A DNA stretch of 64,000 bases from contig NC_045696.1 in NCBI RefSeq assembly GCF_009834535.1, positions 13,084,001 to 13,148,000 of the forward strand. The letters run 5' to 3'. Of the stretch, positions 1 through 13,030 are shown piece after piece. This stretch comes from Camelus ferus (taxonomy: Eukaryota). Within the stretch, counting starts at the first letter, position 1. The number at the start of each line of letters is the position of its first letter. A program made the position numbers and the translations under genes. The notes below the pieces were generated by a model. That model ran no database searches, was not told the origin of the DNA, and was given only the letters and a program-made list of their open reading frames with translations.

Positions 1-330
1 GCTGGAAAGAATCTCAAAAATCACTAAGTTCATTATGTAATGAACTTGCCCATTATGTGATTCCTCTAGTAATACATTATCTAATGATTACCCAGCCTCC
101 CCTTAAATTCTCTTCCTCCCACTGCAGCTCATTCCATGGTTAATAATTCTAATTGTCAGAAAGCTTTAGCTTAATGGCATATAAATCTGTCTCCATGTAA
201 CTTCTACTCACTATTTCTGTCTCTATCCTCTGCAGCCAAACAGATGAGATGTAGCTGTTCCCCCCACAAGAATCTTCCAAGTATTGGAAGTTGGCTATCA
301 AGTGGCCCTTAGGGCTCCTCCAGGCCAAAT
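1..330 (-). mobile_element. L3/CR1 LINE fragment
   Basis: Resembles antisense L3 (cagctcattccatggttaataattctaattgtcagaaag...aaatctgtctccatgtaacttctac); highly diverged. Confidence 0.5.
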
Positions 331-529
331 GTTATCAAGATGACTTTGGATTTAAGGTTAGTGTGACTTGAGGCTGACTAGGCACAACCAAGATTCCTGC
401 AGACTTCCTCTCTTCATTTCTCCCTATGGCTCTGGGCCACGTGTATATATTTGAGGTCATTTCTCAGTCCCTTCTCTCTGCACAAAGACTTCTTTAGGCA
501 TAAAGATGCCCTTATTATTATTGTCCACA

Positions 530-835
530 GAGTAGCTACTATTTAAATGGCATAATACTTGTGCCAAAGGCATATTAACTTTAACCCACAAAATATCCTT
601 GGATGGTTGTATTAATTTGAACCATATTAAATTGTGATTTTTTATAGGTAAAAGTGGTTGAGTATCAGTAACTTCAAATGGTTCAATTATTATTAATCTG
701 TTTTTATAGTTGAGAAAAATAGAGACTTGGACACGTTGTATATACCATGGCTTGTTCAAGGCCACAAAGCCAAGAGCAGGGTGAGGCCTACCCCTACATC
801 TGTCTGGTTCTAAAAGTGGCTCATTTGCTGCATAC
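530..835 (-). mobile_element. MIR SINE, interrupted by MADE2
   Basis: Antisense MIR core (tgtttttatagttgagaaaaatagagac...ggcttgttcaaggccaca) on both sides of the MITE. Confidence 0.5.
610..692. mobile_element. MADE2-like mariner MITE
   Basis: ~80 bp, TIRs ttgaaccatattaaattg / taacttcaaatggttcaa, TA flanks, internal sequence like the MADE2 consensus. Confidence 0.7.
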
Positions 836-984
836 TCTGCTTCCTTATGCATCACCTTGCTGTTGCAGACATGAGGACCAAGGTAAAGATAAAGAGGCCT
901 CAGTCTTTTGTAATGCAACATGGCAGAGTGGAAAGGAAATGGGAATTTGAGATAGTTGTATATTGCTAAACAGGTCATTATTTC

Positions 985-1100
985 ACCGCTTACTATTTAT
1001 GTGACCTTCAGAAAGTCACTGAACCTCCCTGAAACCCAATTTAACATATCTCTAAAATTGGATTTAACTTGTAGTACTTGTTTGAGGATTCAGTGGATTG
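985..1100 (+). mobile_element. MIR fragment
   Basis: gtgaccttcagaaagtcactgaacctccctgaaacccaattt...taaaattgg core. Confidence 0.55.
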
Positions 1101-1179
1101 ACATTCTGTCCGTCTCTTACCCAGTGCCTTCCTGTTTCCTGGCATATCTTAGTCCTTTCACTCTCTTATTCTCCTACAT

Positions 1180-1372
1180 CAAGGGACAGCCAACTCTTCC
1201 CTAAAAGGACAATAGGAAATATTTCAGGCTTTGTAAGCCAAGAGGAAATATCCTCAGGTCTTCAAGCACCTGTTCCGACTGAAGGGCTACATTTACTTTG
1301 AAGAATGTGAAACTCATTCTTAGCTCACAGGCCATCAAAACAGGTCAGAAGGCTGGAGTTTGCCAGCCCCTA
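1180..1372. mobile_element. MER58-like hAT-Charlie element
   Basis: aaatatttcaggctttg...ttcttagctcacaggcc...gtttgccagcccct ends typical of MER58. Confidence 0.65.
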
Positions 1373-2444
1373 TGCTAGATGACTCTTATGTAGTTTCTTC
1401 TCTCTTCTCAAGTCTCCAACAGCTTTTTGCTTCTACTCACTCTCAATGAAAATGTTGCTTCTTCTTTCACTGAGAAAACAGAAGCCATCAGAAAAGTCTT
1501 GGCAGCAGCTCCCCTTGCCTCACTTCCCTTCGTTGTGCCTACATTCTCCTCCTTGTCTCTGCAGCTAAGGAGCTCTCTGGGCTCCTGACACAAGCCAGCC
1601 CCTCTGCTTCTGCACTCGATTCCATTGCCTCCTACTTTCTCAGGAGCGTTGCTCTTACAATTCTCCCCTAGCTCCTTTAAAGCACGAACATTTCTTCCTT
1701 TATTGGATCATTCCCATCAGTGAGAAAACATGCTGTTGATTTCTCCCATCTCAGAAAACTCCCCCTTGACTCTGCTTCCTCCTCCACTTACCACTCACTC
1801 CCCATTTCTTGCAGCAAAACTCTGAATGAATTAACTCTATAGGCTAACTCGAATTTCTCTTTTCTTATTCTTTCTTCACCATCACCCCATCAAGGTCAGG
1901 TTGCTTATGCTAGTGAGTAATTCTCAGTCCTCATCTATTTGGATTTATCAGCAACGTTTGTTCAGGATTTTTCCCTTTCTCCCTCCTTTGCTTGCCTTCT
2001 GGGTACCAGGCTCTACTCCTTTTCCTCCTTAACCCCTGCTGCTTCCTCTCAGATTCTTGACCGTCCCTCCTCTTCTTCACTACATTTATTGCTGGAGAAT
2101 CCCAGGGGTTGGTCTTTGGATCGCTTCTATTTTCTGTCTGTGTTCAGTCTTGTAATCATCTTATACAGCTTCATGGTTTTATCTATGTGTTATGACTTTC
2201 AAATGTGTATCTCTAGCCTGACCCGCTTCCTGAATTCCAGATTTTTATATTTGACTGTCCACTTAACATCTCTACTTTTATATCTAATAGGTGTCTCAAA
2301 CTCAGCATGAGTCTGAGCTCCTGATATTTCACCATCAACAAAACTGGCTTCTCCCTAGACTACCTCATGTGTGTAAATTGCAACTCCATTCTTCCAGTCA
2401 CTCAGGCTAAAAACCCTAGCTTTATCCTGTTTAAAAATGTTTTA

Positions 2445-3085
2445 AATCAACCTTTTGAGATATAATTTATGTCCAATAAACTATCCATTTAAAGTGTATC
2501 ATTCAATGAGTTTTGACTGATGTATATACCCATGAAACCACTGCCATAATCAATATACAGAACATTTCTATGTCCCTTTGTCACCCATTCTTTTCTTTAG
2601 CCTTGTCCTCTAGAGACCACTGATCTGCTTTCTGTCACTGTAGGATTAGTTTACATTTTCTAGAATTTTATGTGAATGGAATTATCCAATATGTATTCTT
2701 GTGTCTTCATCTTTTACTGAGAATAAACATTTTGAGATTCGTTCTTTGTGTGTTTGATGATAGCTCACTTCTTTTTGTAGCAATTACTATTCCATTATGT
2801 GGATATACTACACTTTGTTTATGTCTTCACCAAGTGATGGACATTTGGGTTTTGTCCAGTTTTTGGCTGTTCTGAATAAAGCTGCTATGTACCTACAGTA
2901 GAGATCTTTGTGCAGAAATCTGATTTCAGTTTTCTTGAGTAAATCACTTAGGAGTGGAATGTCCTGGTGGTATGATAGGTGTATTGGGTAACTTTTTAAG
3001 AAACTGCCCGTTTTCCAAGATAGTATGTCATTTTATATTCCAAACAGCAGTATATTATAGTTTTAGTTCCTCTGCATCCTCACCT
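2445..3085 (-). mobile_element. L1M (L1MB-like) 3' end
   Basis: gagatataatttat...atttaaagtgtat...aataaagctgctatg...gagtggaat antisense L1 3' motifs. Confidence 0.85.
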
Positions 3086-3689
3086 GGCTTTATCTTCAAC
3101 TGCTCTCTTTTTCTCACACCCAAAATCCCATCCATCAGCAAATCCTTTGCCCAAACCTTCAAAATATACCTAGAATCCTATTCCTTCTTATTCTGCTGCT
3201 ATGGCTACCATTTTCATTCAAGGCTTCCTGCTTATGCCCTTCAGTGTGTTCAAAACACAGCAGTTGAAATGCACTTGTTAAATACAAGCAGTTTCTATCA
3301 CTCCACATTTAAAACCCTCAGTGGCTTCCCTTCTCAGGGCAAATGCCAAGGTGATTATAGTGGCACATCTGGCCCTCCCTGATCTGCCCATCTGCAATGC
3401 CCTTATCTTTCCACACTTCTACGTCTCTTTCCCTTCTTTCCTTCTCTCCATGCTATTCCTTGAACACACCAAGCTTGCTCCCATCTCAGGGGTTTGCACA
3501 GGCTATTTTCTGGCCCCCTTCTTTCTTGGATACATCCGTGACTCACGTCCTCACTTCCTTCAGATCTTTACTCCAAAGACCCTTTCTTGATGAGGCTTTC
3601 CTTGATCCTCCCATTTAAAATTGTACCCCCTCCCACTCCTCAGATCATTTTCCTGCCACATTTTTGCAATCACACTTATCACCATGTGG

Positions 3690-3800
3690 TAGTCAGTATA
3701 TATTTGTTGACCCTCAACTATATGCCAATGACCATCCTAGGTACTTGGGATGCAGTGTTAAATGACACAGTCTAAAACTTCCATCACCCTGGAGTTTACA
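3690..3800 (-). mobile_element. L2 3' tail, antisense within the larger L2
   Basis: atatttgttga...ctatatgcca...ctaggtacttgggatgcagtg...ccctggagtttaca. Confidence 0.5.
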
Positions 3801-4330
3801 CATATTTTACCACTTTATCGTGCTTCTCAACCATCTCCCATCCCCTAGAACAAAATCTCTGTGATAACAGCGATTTTGTCTGTTTTGTTCAATGCTGTAT
3901 CACTAGTGCCCAGAAGAATGTTGGCAAATAGTAGGATTTCAGCAAATACCAGCTGTTGTCTTTTTATTTTTCCAAATGAAAAAGCAACCTGTGGTCCAAG
4001 CTTTATTAATGTAGAATAGATTACTGCAGTGTCCTACTTTGGGCCTTGAGGGAATCTGCAGCCTGTGAAAACTGAAGACACAATTGAATTGCTAATTAAA
4101 AAATGGAAACAGTTCAATTCTATGATCCTCTAAGAATGGGATTTAAACTCTGAAGTAGTATTAATCTAACTTTCCAGCGTACTTATCAAGAAAACTCCAG
4201 TTCTCTGCAGACAGCCTCTTCTAAGACCTTTGGGTTCATGAGCAGCTGCCAGAGTGTTGAGTGATGAGGTGGGCTGTTCCACAGATTGCCCCTTCCTTCA
4301 AAACGTGCCTTTTAACACTACTGTCTGGAT

Positions 4331-4475
4331 TAGCGTTTCCCAAAGTGTGGTCCCTTGACCACCTGCATTAGCATTGATCAACTTGAGCCAATGAATGAGG
4401 ACCTCTGGGGTTAGAATTCTGAAATCTTCATTCTTTACAAACTCCTGATGTGGTTGGTTATTTGAAGTTTGCAAT
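4331..4475. mobile_element. MER5-like hAT element
   Basis: gtttcccaaagtgtggtcccttgaccacctgcattagcat terminus. Confidence 0.55.
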
Positions 4476-4619
4476 TATTTGTTTTAAAATTTGTCTGAGT
4501 TAGGACAGCTGGGTGTGGGAAGATTGAATCACTGTAATTGAAGTCAGTATAGCAGAAATCCTCAGCAGTGGCTTATGTTCAGATTGAAGCCAAAGATTAG
4601 TATGCTTCGGCTATGAACT

Positions 4620-5038
4620 TGTGAGTGGGTTGATGGCAACCCCATACAAAACAAAGACCCAGCTCCCGGTACCTCAGAATATGACCTGGTTTATTGCAAA
4701 TGTAATTAGTTAAGATGAGGTCCTACTGGGGTAGGCTGAGTAATCCAATATGATTGATATACTTATAAAAAGAACTCCATGGGAAGACAGGGACATAGGA
4801 AAAATGCCCCATGAAGATGGAGGGTTACATGATGCATCTACAAGCCAAGGCATACAAAAGACTGTCAACAAAACACTAGAAGCAAGGGAAAGGCAAGGAA
4901 GAATTCCTCTACAAGTTTCAGAGGGACTGTGACTCTGCTAACACCTTGGTTTTGGACTTCCAGCCTCCAGAAATGAGAGGAAATAAGTTTCTTTTGCTTT
5001 AAGTCCCCCAGTTTGTTTTGCAGCTGTAGAAACCAACA
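4620..5038 (+). mobile_element. MLT1 (MaLR) solo LTR, MLT1C-like
   Basis: TG...CA ends; gtacctcagaat, gtaattagttaagatgagg, ttggacttccagcctccagaa, gaaaccaaca. Confidence 0.85.
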
Positions 5039-5399
5039 GAGCCCTTCTCCTTCTGTTGTTTATCAAACACTAAAAATATATTGTGGAGGTGGGACTATAA
5101 GTAGAATAAGAAGAGGCAAGAGTGATAACATCAGGGCTTCTAGAACTCAAGGAATTTTAAATGCAGGCTTGAAATTTTTCCAAATGATAGGCAAGTAGAC
5201 CAATGGAAGAATAAGGAAGCTAGGAAAATGTTCACATCTATATGAAAGTTGATGTATGACAGACATGGCATTGTTAGAAAGTGAGAAAGAAGTCGGCTAA
5301 TTATATAGGAGTAGGAAACTTGGATATCCATATGCAAAAATAAAATTAGGTCCCTACTTTATGCAATAATGATAATAGTAGTAGTAGTAGCAGCAGCAG

Positions 5400-5625
5400 T
5401 AAAATTACTGCTATTGCACTTAGTAGATACTGTTCTAAGACGTTTTTACATATCCTAGTTTCAACTTCACCCTTATATAACTATTGTTTTTTATACCCAT
5501 TTTGCAGATTAAGAAACTGGGGCATTTAGAGGTTAGGTGACCGACTAAAAAGTAGTGGAGCTGAGATGTGAACTCAGGCAGTCTGACTCCAAACTCCATG
5601 CTCTTAATCACTATGCAATACTACT
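5400..5625 (-). mobile_element. MIR SINE
   Basis: cccattttgcagattaagaaactgggg...gaactcaggcagtctgactccaaa...ctcttaatcactatgc. Confidence 0.8.
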
Positions 5626-5826
5626 TCACATTTCATAAAGAAATCAAATCAAGACATATTAAGCATTTAATTGTGAAAATAAAAACTTAAAAAAGTTAGA
5701 AGAAAACAAAGAAAAATATCTTTAAGACTTCAGGGTATGGAATAAATATAACTGGAAAAGTGCAAATTATAAAAAATGGCAGATAGCATATATTACAATA
5801 AAAAATTGGTTCATCAAAAGACATCA

Positions 5827-6041
5827 GACTCATGATGACCAGAGGGTAAAGGAAGTGGAAAGGGATAAATTGGGAGTTCAAAATTTGTACCTCTGGGGGA
5901 GTGATGGAAATGTTAGTTATCTTGATTGTGGTGATGGTTTCATAGGTGCACACATCAATCAAAATTAATCAAATTGTACATCTGAAATATGTGTAGTTTA
6001 CTGTACAGAAATTACACCACAATAAAGTTGTTCTTTTAAAA
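5827..6041 (+). mobile_element. 5'-truncated L1M 3' end with TSD
   Basis: gatggaaatgtt...tatcttgattgtggtgatggtt...aataaag plus A tail; TSD aaaagacatca at 5816-5826 and 6042-6052. Confidence 0.75.
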
Positions 6042-8639
6042 AAAAGACATCATAATAAGAGTGAAAAAGAGCTATTTGTCCCATATATAATCAACAGAGG
6101 ATTAATATGCAGTATATATAAGAAATTCTGCACATTAGTAAGAAAAGGACAAACAGCACAACAAAAAAGTGGTCCATAAAAACACACATGACAATATGGA
6201 ACTTCAGAGGTGAGGAAACATAAGTGACTAATAATCACTTGAAAAGATGATTAAATTTCATGCCCATGAGACTGACAAAAATTTAAAACCTCACGACACT
6301 ACATCATGACAAGGTTATAAAGCAATAGCCATTCCATTCCTATACACAGCAGAAGAAATGTAAATTGGTGGAGCACTTTGGAGATTAGTTTTACAATATT
6401 TAGTAAAGTTGAAGATTCACTTGTGTTATAACTCAACAATCCACAGGAATATGTCCCAGGGCAACTTGCCCATAGAGTCAAGGAGACAAAGACATGTTCA
6501 TAGCAACATGGTTTGTAAATAGCATGCACTTAGAAACAGCCTAAGTGCTCATCAGCAGGAAAGTGGATTAACTCATGGCGGTATGTTCATATAATGCAGC
6601 ACTGACAATTAACCGACTAGAGCCAGATATATTCATAAAAGAACCTTGTAAGCACAATGTTGCTTGAGAAAAGCAAATTTCAGAAGAATATACAAAAATT
6701 AAAAAAATATAAACAAGACTATACAGATGTTAAAAAAATTTTTAAATGAATATATAAAGGTTGAAAATACAACACAACACAACAATTGCTAAGGGCTACA
6801 TATAAGCAGAATAAAAATATAAAGAAATGATCAGAAAAGCCAAACCTAAATTCAGGACAATGGTTACCTTTAGAGTGAAGGAGCGGATATAATTTGTTAT
6901 GAGTAAACAGAGGGCATCAAATATACTGGATTAGTACTATTTTATTTCTTAAATTAGGGGGGTACTTATATTGCTATTTCCTTTTCTATGTCTTAAATAG
7001 TGTAAAAAAACTTTTTTTTTTTTTTAAAGAAGAGAGATTGCTTGGCAGCTATTGAGAGCTGCAGAAGCAAGCAAGTCATCTGAATGTCAAGTGTTGTCAG
7101 GGCTACAATTCAGAAAAGGCAGGAAGTGGCCACAGTCTTTGCTTCCTCTGGTTTCTTTTCACTCTCCTCCTCTTATTCCAGAATGATGATGACAAAAGAG
7201 AAGTTCTCTAAGGATCTTTTTCCTTCCTTTTTCTGAGATCCAGGACATGTTTCTAGGATGCCCGTCCACTTGGTTTGGACAGGGCTCTCTTTGGGTAAGG
7301 CAAGTTCTTTTCGAAGTGAGTACTTCTTTTTGCAGTCGCTGTGGCTTCTAATCTTTTGTGTGTGACAAGCTCTTCTTGATTTAATGTTTTCTCCTGTGCC
7401 TTTTATGAACCTGCTCTAACTGAGCAAATTCTCTCGCAAATAAAGCGTGACTGACATACAGCTAATATTCCTCCTCCGCACAACCAAAGGGTCTTCTAGA
7501 CAAGCAATAAATAAGAATCCAAGAGTTTAGTGTCTGGTGCCTCTGGAGGGGCTTATAGTCTATCTCTGTGAATCTGTTTGGTCTCAACCAAAAAAGAAAA
7601 GTTGAAAAGAGGGAGATGTTTTTCATCCAAGTTAATAAACAATCTTGCTATTGCTCATGCTCTTCCACACACCAGTGTCTACAGAACATATCATTTTGGT
7701 TGTGGAGTTTGTCACCAATACTTTGCCGCAGTGAGTTTTGCCCAAGTATTTTAGTACAGTGGGTAGAATAAATCTGAGTGCAGAATATTACTCTTTTTGT
7801 GTTATTTCAAAGATGTTGTCCCCTTACCAGCATCCTGGGTATCAGCTTTATCATTTGTGAAAAAGGACCAAGGGGGAGGAATAAAAATCAGCCAACTACC
7901 CATTTGTTTATGTGAATTCAGAAGGCTTCAACCTAGAAAACTCTTTCAAAAGCTGAAAACATGCTTCCTCTCCCCTGAAAATCTATATTTTATAATAATC
8001 ATTATTTTGGTCACAGTGGCAAGGAAATGTCTTCCAGAGAATTTAATGTATTTTTTTATTATTGTGGGGATTTTTTTTTTTGTTTGGCTCTGTCAATTGC
8101 TGGTCAGTTCAATTTGGTTCTACTACTGAAATTGAATTTGGAGATGAAGAATTGAAAGATTTTAATAACATTCTTAAAATGCATGGGTTTCTAAAGTAGT
8201 AATAGGAGGGAGGTATTGTCTGGATATGGTAGGATTTGGGTCAAGGGACAGGTGTGATCTGAGCACTCTCCTTGTCTGCAGGGACATTTCTCTACAAAAT
8301 TTTGTGATTAGGATGGGGCATGGGTTGGGGGACTTGTCCCTGGAGTCCTGTTTATTGTGCATAAAAATGCCTCAAATATCATTTAAAGCCTTTGTCTGGT
8401 TATTAAAATCCTGTGATGCTGGAATGGTAAATTTTATCACCTGGTTATCGGTCTTCCTACAGCATCCAAAAACATTTTACCAGACATACGACTGGATTTC
8501 TTCGGTAAACAACTTGCATGTTGCAGTCATCTGAATGAGAAGAATTTTCCTGTAGTATTATTTAACCCTTAAAAGCTTATTTATTTTCCTGGCTCCCTTG
8601 CATTTGGTTACTTAGCAAGACGTCCTTAGGTGTGGTCTG

Positions 8640-8755
8640 TAAAAGCAGACGTGTTGGTCTTGTTCATGCTCCTTAATAGATAAAATGATGCCTGCCACAT
8701 AATAGATGCTCATTAACCATTGGAAGAGAAGAAGCATTAATGAATGAATAGATGA
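8640..8755 (+). mobile_element. L2 3' tail fragment
   Basis: tgcctgccacataatagatgctca...aatgaatgaat. Confidence 0.45.
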
Positions 8756-10253
8756 CAAATTGCACATGGAACGTGGACTGCTTTGTTCTTCATACTCCTT
8801 CTTCTCACATTTCAGAATACCATTTTTCTATAACCAGGGCTACTGGGAGTTATGAAGAGCAGTAGGGAATGCCTGGAAAAAATAGGAAAGAAGGAAGCAG
8901 CTTGGGGGCACAGGCAGGTCAAAGGCCTCTAATCGTCTTCTGTTTTATACACACAAGATTAAAGATTCCCTCTGAGTTTTGATTAAAGATGCACAATTAC
9001 AAGATTAAATAGCAGTGAGTCAAATTAGAAAAGGTTTAACTCCAATCTCAGAATTAATCAAAGCTCCCTCCATAACCCCTCCCTCACATTAAGCTGTCTT
9101 TACAACATGGGATTAGAGCGAACCGTCTAAGTCTTCGCGTCCCCAGGCGCCCAGCTACTGTTTCTATACAGATGTCCTCGTTCACGTCACAAACAATGCT
9201 CTTATCCAGAATCAAAGCTCATTTCCCCTTGAAGTTTCTGTTTATACCCATGGCTGAATTCCTTCCAGTGCCTCTACACATTTTTATTTATTTTGGCGAC
9301 CTGCAGGGTCCTACATCAGGTACAACATGCACTCATCATATGCATTGTCACGAAACATATTAAAACTTAGTACACTTGTCTATTTCTGAAAAAACCTCCT
9401 TAATCATCCCAGTAATTATGCAAACAGCCCCATGGGGCCGGCTATAAACATTTCCTTCCCTTCCCAAGAAGCCGCTCTCTCCTTGGAAGCCACACCAAAG
9501 GAGTGTGGGCAGAACGCACAATTAATAACTCCACTGGGGAGAGGTTAATATGGTCATAAGGCATCTGAGAAATAAAACTGTCATTGCTTTATTAAAGGCT
9601 GTAATTCAGGAACAAGCCTGCATGGTAACAATAAAATAATTTTAAAGAAATAAATAGAAGGACCAGAAAGAAAAATGTGGCTCTTAACTGTAGGCTGGAT
9701 TCTAGATTTTTTTGTAAATATATTTTATTGATTGATGACGAATAAGACCCATTGCCCTTTAAATGTGTCATTTGTTGCAAGAAAATGTAAAAATCCAAGG
9801 AGATCCTAGAAAGACTCCTACTTCCATCTTAAAACCTGCCCAGTAGTTTCCTGAGCACATTGAACTCTTGGGTCCTTGAAGAGATGGGTTGGGGCATGGG
9901 AAAGAAAGGGTTAGAATGAAAAGAAGAAAGAGATTTTTACCTAGTTTATGTTACTTGTTGGTTTCTCCTGGCAAGCCTGTCTACCTTGTAGGGTGCACTG
10001 AGCCCAGGGGAAAGGCATGGCTTCTTGCCTGTCCAAACTCAGGCTGCTTCTGATGCTCTTTTCCCCACTCCTGTCAGCATCCTCATCTTCTGCAATCTCC
10101 AGTGGGAGGCAGGCACCAGATTCTATGTTCACAAATGCCCCTAAACTCGACTGCAAGAGAACAGACTCTCCGGAGAACAATTCTATCATATTCTTCTCCC
10201 GGGAAGCACGAACTTCTGCAGCTTAGCAAGCCTCCAGCTGGGGAATGAGATAT

Positions 10254-10385
10254 TGCTACAGGCTGAATTGTACTCTCCTGAAATTCATACGTTGAAGTCT
10301 TAGCCCCTGGTACCTCAGAATGTGACTGTACTTAGGAATAGGGCCTTTAATGAGGTAACTGAGGAAAAACAAGGTCACTGGAATG
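10254..10385 (+). mobile_element. MLT1 LTR 5' fragment
   Basis: tgctacaggctgaattgt...aattcatacgttgaagtc...gtacctcagaatgtgactgta. Confidence 0.75.
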
Positions 10386-12144
10386 ATGACTTATCTCTCT
10401 CAGCAAGGGTATGAGAAGGGTTTCAAGAAGGAAGTGGAAAGAGAAGACTGTAAGGATGACTGCCAGCCCCAGGGTCTACCACTCACTTCACTCCAGAGAT
10501 GCAGGGAGGCAGCAGGTGAAGGCACAGGTAGGAGTCAGGAGTTTTGACAAATCTACAACATTCAGCTGAGCTCTGAAGGCAGGAGTGTAGTAGCACTTGT
10601 GTGAACGGAGCCAAGAGCATGGGCATCTCTGCACTGGGTATGGAGGAGCTGACTAGAGGAGGTCCGCTCTAAACAGAGGCTGCGACCTGAACTTGAGGTG
10701 TTCCCTGGTCTGGTCCCGAGCTCGGTCATTGTTCAGCTATGAGCATCCTGGGAGCAGGGCTCCCTGGTCTCTGCTCATCTGTCCTTTATCTCCCTGTCAC
10801 ACTGACTATATCTATGTGTATATTCGTTTTATTCTTTCAACTCAGATACATTTATGTCTGTTTCTATTTCTGATACAACAGTGGGCAGGATTTTCTTTTG
10901 AATGTCGATTGTTTTAAGAGAATTTTTGTCTATTTTTACTTATATGTGTATTTTTCTCTTTCACATTCCTGTTATTCAAATTGAAAAAAATGAGATGACA
11001 CTAAGCATTTATTTGAATTTCAGCTTCAGGCTATCTTCCTTTTGACTGTGAGCCTATCTTGAAATTCCAATTTGGATGGCATTTGTTTCACGACTTAAAA
11101 TAATTTAGGATTCTTTTAGTTGAAAATGTGAAATCAATGCCTTTTTGATGAATAGAGGTTTTATATCTGAATAATAAATAGGCTGTTCTTTGTTTTCATA
11201 AATAGCTAGGGAAAATCATAAACCCTAGTTATTGCCTATCATTAAACTCATCCTGGAAATGTGTGGAGTCTACTTTAGAAATACTTACAAAAATAAGTTC
11301 ATAAATGTAGATTATCCAAAGAGAAAACATTAAGTGTTAAATATAGAGACTATGAATAATTTATTTGTTCTATATGAATGCCAAAGAAGCTCACAAGGGA
11401 AGCATGAAATAGAATACAGCATCATAGTAATTACCAAATATAAGACACTTCAATAAAGACTTTAGCATTTATGTGCATCTCAGGTTAATTTACCAGTTAC
11501 CACACGGTCAATCTTCTTCCAGTGGCCATAATAGATGATTTATATTAAGCGTAATGAGTAGCACATCCTTTCTGACTGTTACCTTGTTCAGGTAGGGAAA
11601 TGCACTGCAGTCAAATCACCCCTACTGCTTTAATAGTTATAAAATGAGTGTATCTGGTTTAAGTGTTACAGGCATGGCATTTGGTTGTCTTATTAAGTTT
11701 GAGCCTGTATTAACTTAAAAAATATATCTCACAAAAATAGAGTTCTTTTGAGATTCTGCTAGATTTTTATTTGGGGAAACTATTTGATCCTCTTGAGGGA
11801 GGACTTTTATTTCTGCAGTTTTCTTCCAGGAACAACTTCTGGCTCATTCATTTTAGCAGAGTATACATAACTTACTGTTTTTAAAGGACAGTTCTGGTGG
11901 AGCCCAAGGAAATCGTATTTTGGGGACTGATTATATAATTCATATGAGTTCAATGTAGAAACTATGTGAAGAACCACAAAATTTAAACTGATACCCAAGC
12001 ACAATCATTACTATACAAATAGAAGGGTTTTTCTTTTAAGTCACTTATTTTTGGGTGGTATAAATAGGCATGATTTTTCTGTGTATATATTAGATATCCT
12101 GCCTACAATGAACATTTTCTTGTTATTAAATATCCTTTAAAAAA

Positions 12145-13030
12145 TTCCTATTTTGAAGTAAGTATTCATTCACAGAGGTAAAGGGAAATCCATGTACCCT
12201 TCACACAGTTTCTGAGACTGGTTACCTCTTAGAAAACTATAATGCAATGGCAATATCAGTAGATTGACATCGGTGCAATGCGTGTATGTCACTTTATCCC
12301 ATGTTACACATTTGTGTAACTGCCATCACAACCAAGATACAAAACTATTCCGTCACTATAGAGGTCTCATGCATGCTACACCTTTATAGTTACACCTGTC
12401 ACTCTGTCCCCCACCATTCCTTACCCTTGCTAACCACTGGTTTGTTCTCATCTCTATTATATTATCTTTTTGAGAATGTTATACGAATGCCATCATCCAG
12501 TATATAACCTTCTGAGACTGGCTTTTTTCCCCATTAAGCAGAATATCCTTGAGGTCCATCCAAGTTGTTGCACGTATCAATAGTTCAGTCCTTTTCAATG
12601 CTGAGTAGTATTCCGTGGTGCGGATTTCACAGTGTGTTTAGCCATTCACCTGTTGAAGGACAGTTGAGTAGTTTCTGGTTGCTTTCTATTACAAATAAAG
12701 CTTTTATGAACAATCGTGTCCAGATTTTTCTGTGGTCTTAAGTTTTCATTTCTCTAGGATAAATTCTCAAGAGTGTGATTGTTGGGTCATAGGGTAAATA
12801 TACGTTTAGTAGTTTTTAAAGAAATTACCAAATTATTTTTTAAAGAAACTGATGAGTTTAAGAAACAGCTGAGTCATATGGTGTAAAAGTGGCTGTACCA
12901 TCTTGTATTCCACCAACAAGGTATGAGAAATGCAGTGTTTCCACATTCTCAACAGCATTTGGTGGTGTCACTATTTTTTAATTTGAGCTCCCCTGATAAG
13001 GGTGTAGTGATATCTCATCATAGTCTTATA
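12145..13030 (-). mobile_element. L1M 3' region
   Basis: catccaagttgttgcacgtatcaatagtt...gctgagtagtattcc...agtggctgtaccat...gtagtgatatctcat. Confidence 0.8.

Larger units (their letters stand above)
1450..3955 (+). mobile_element. L2 LINE (RT region to 3' end), split by an L1 at ~2445-3085
   Basis: ttcactgagaaaacagaagccatcaga; decayed RT-region sequence; 3' tail (ttgttcaatgctgtatcactagtgccc...atagtagg). Confidence 0.8.
5200..7000 (+). mobile_element. Old L1 (L1ME-like) ORF2 3' region and 3' UTR, with nested inserts
   Basis: ggatatccatatgcaaaaa, gtaaattggtggagcactttggag, caatccac, aaattcaggacaatggttacct. Confidence 0.7.

Noticed and set aside
457..978. 173-aa minus-strand ORF
   Set aside because: It runs across a MIR and a nested MADE2, and has no recognisable domain; most likely a chance ORF
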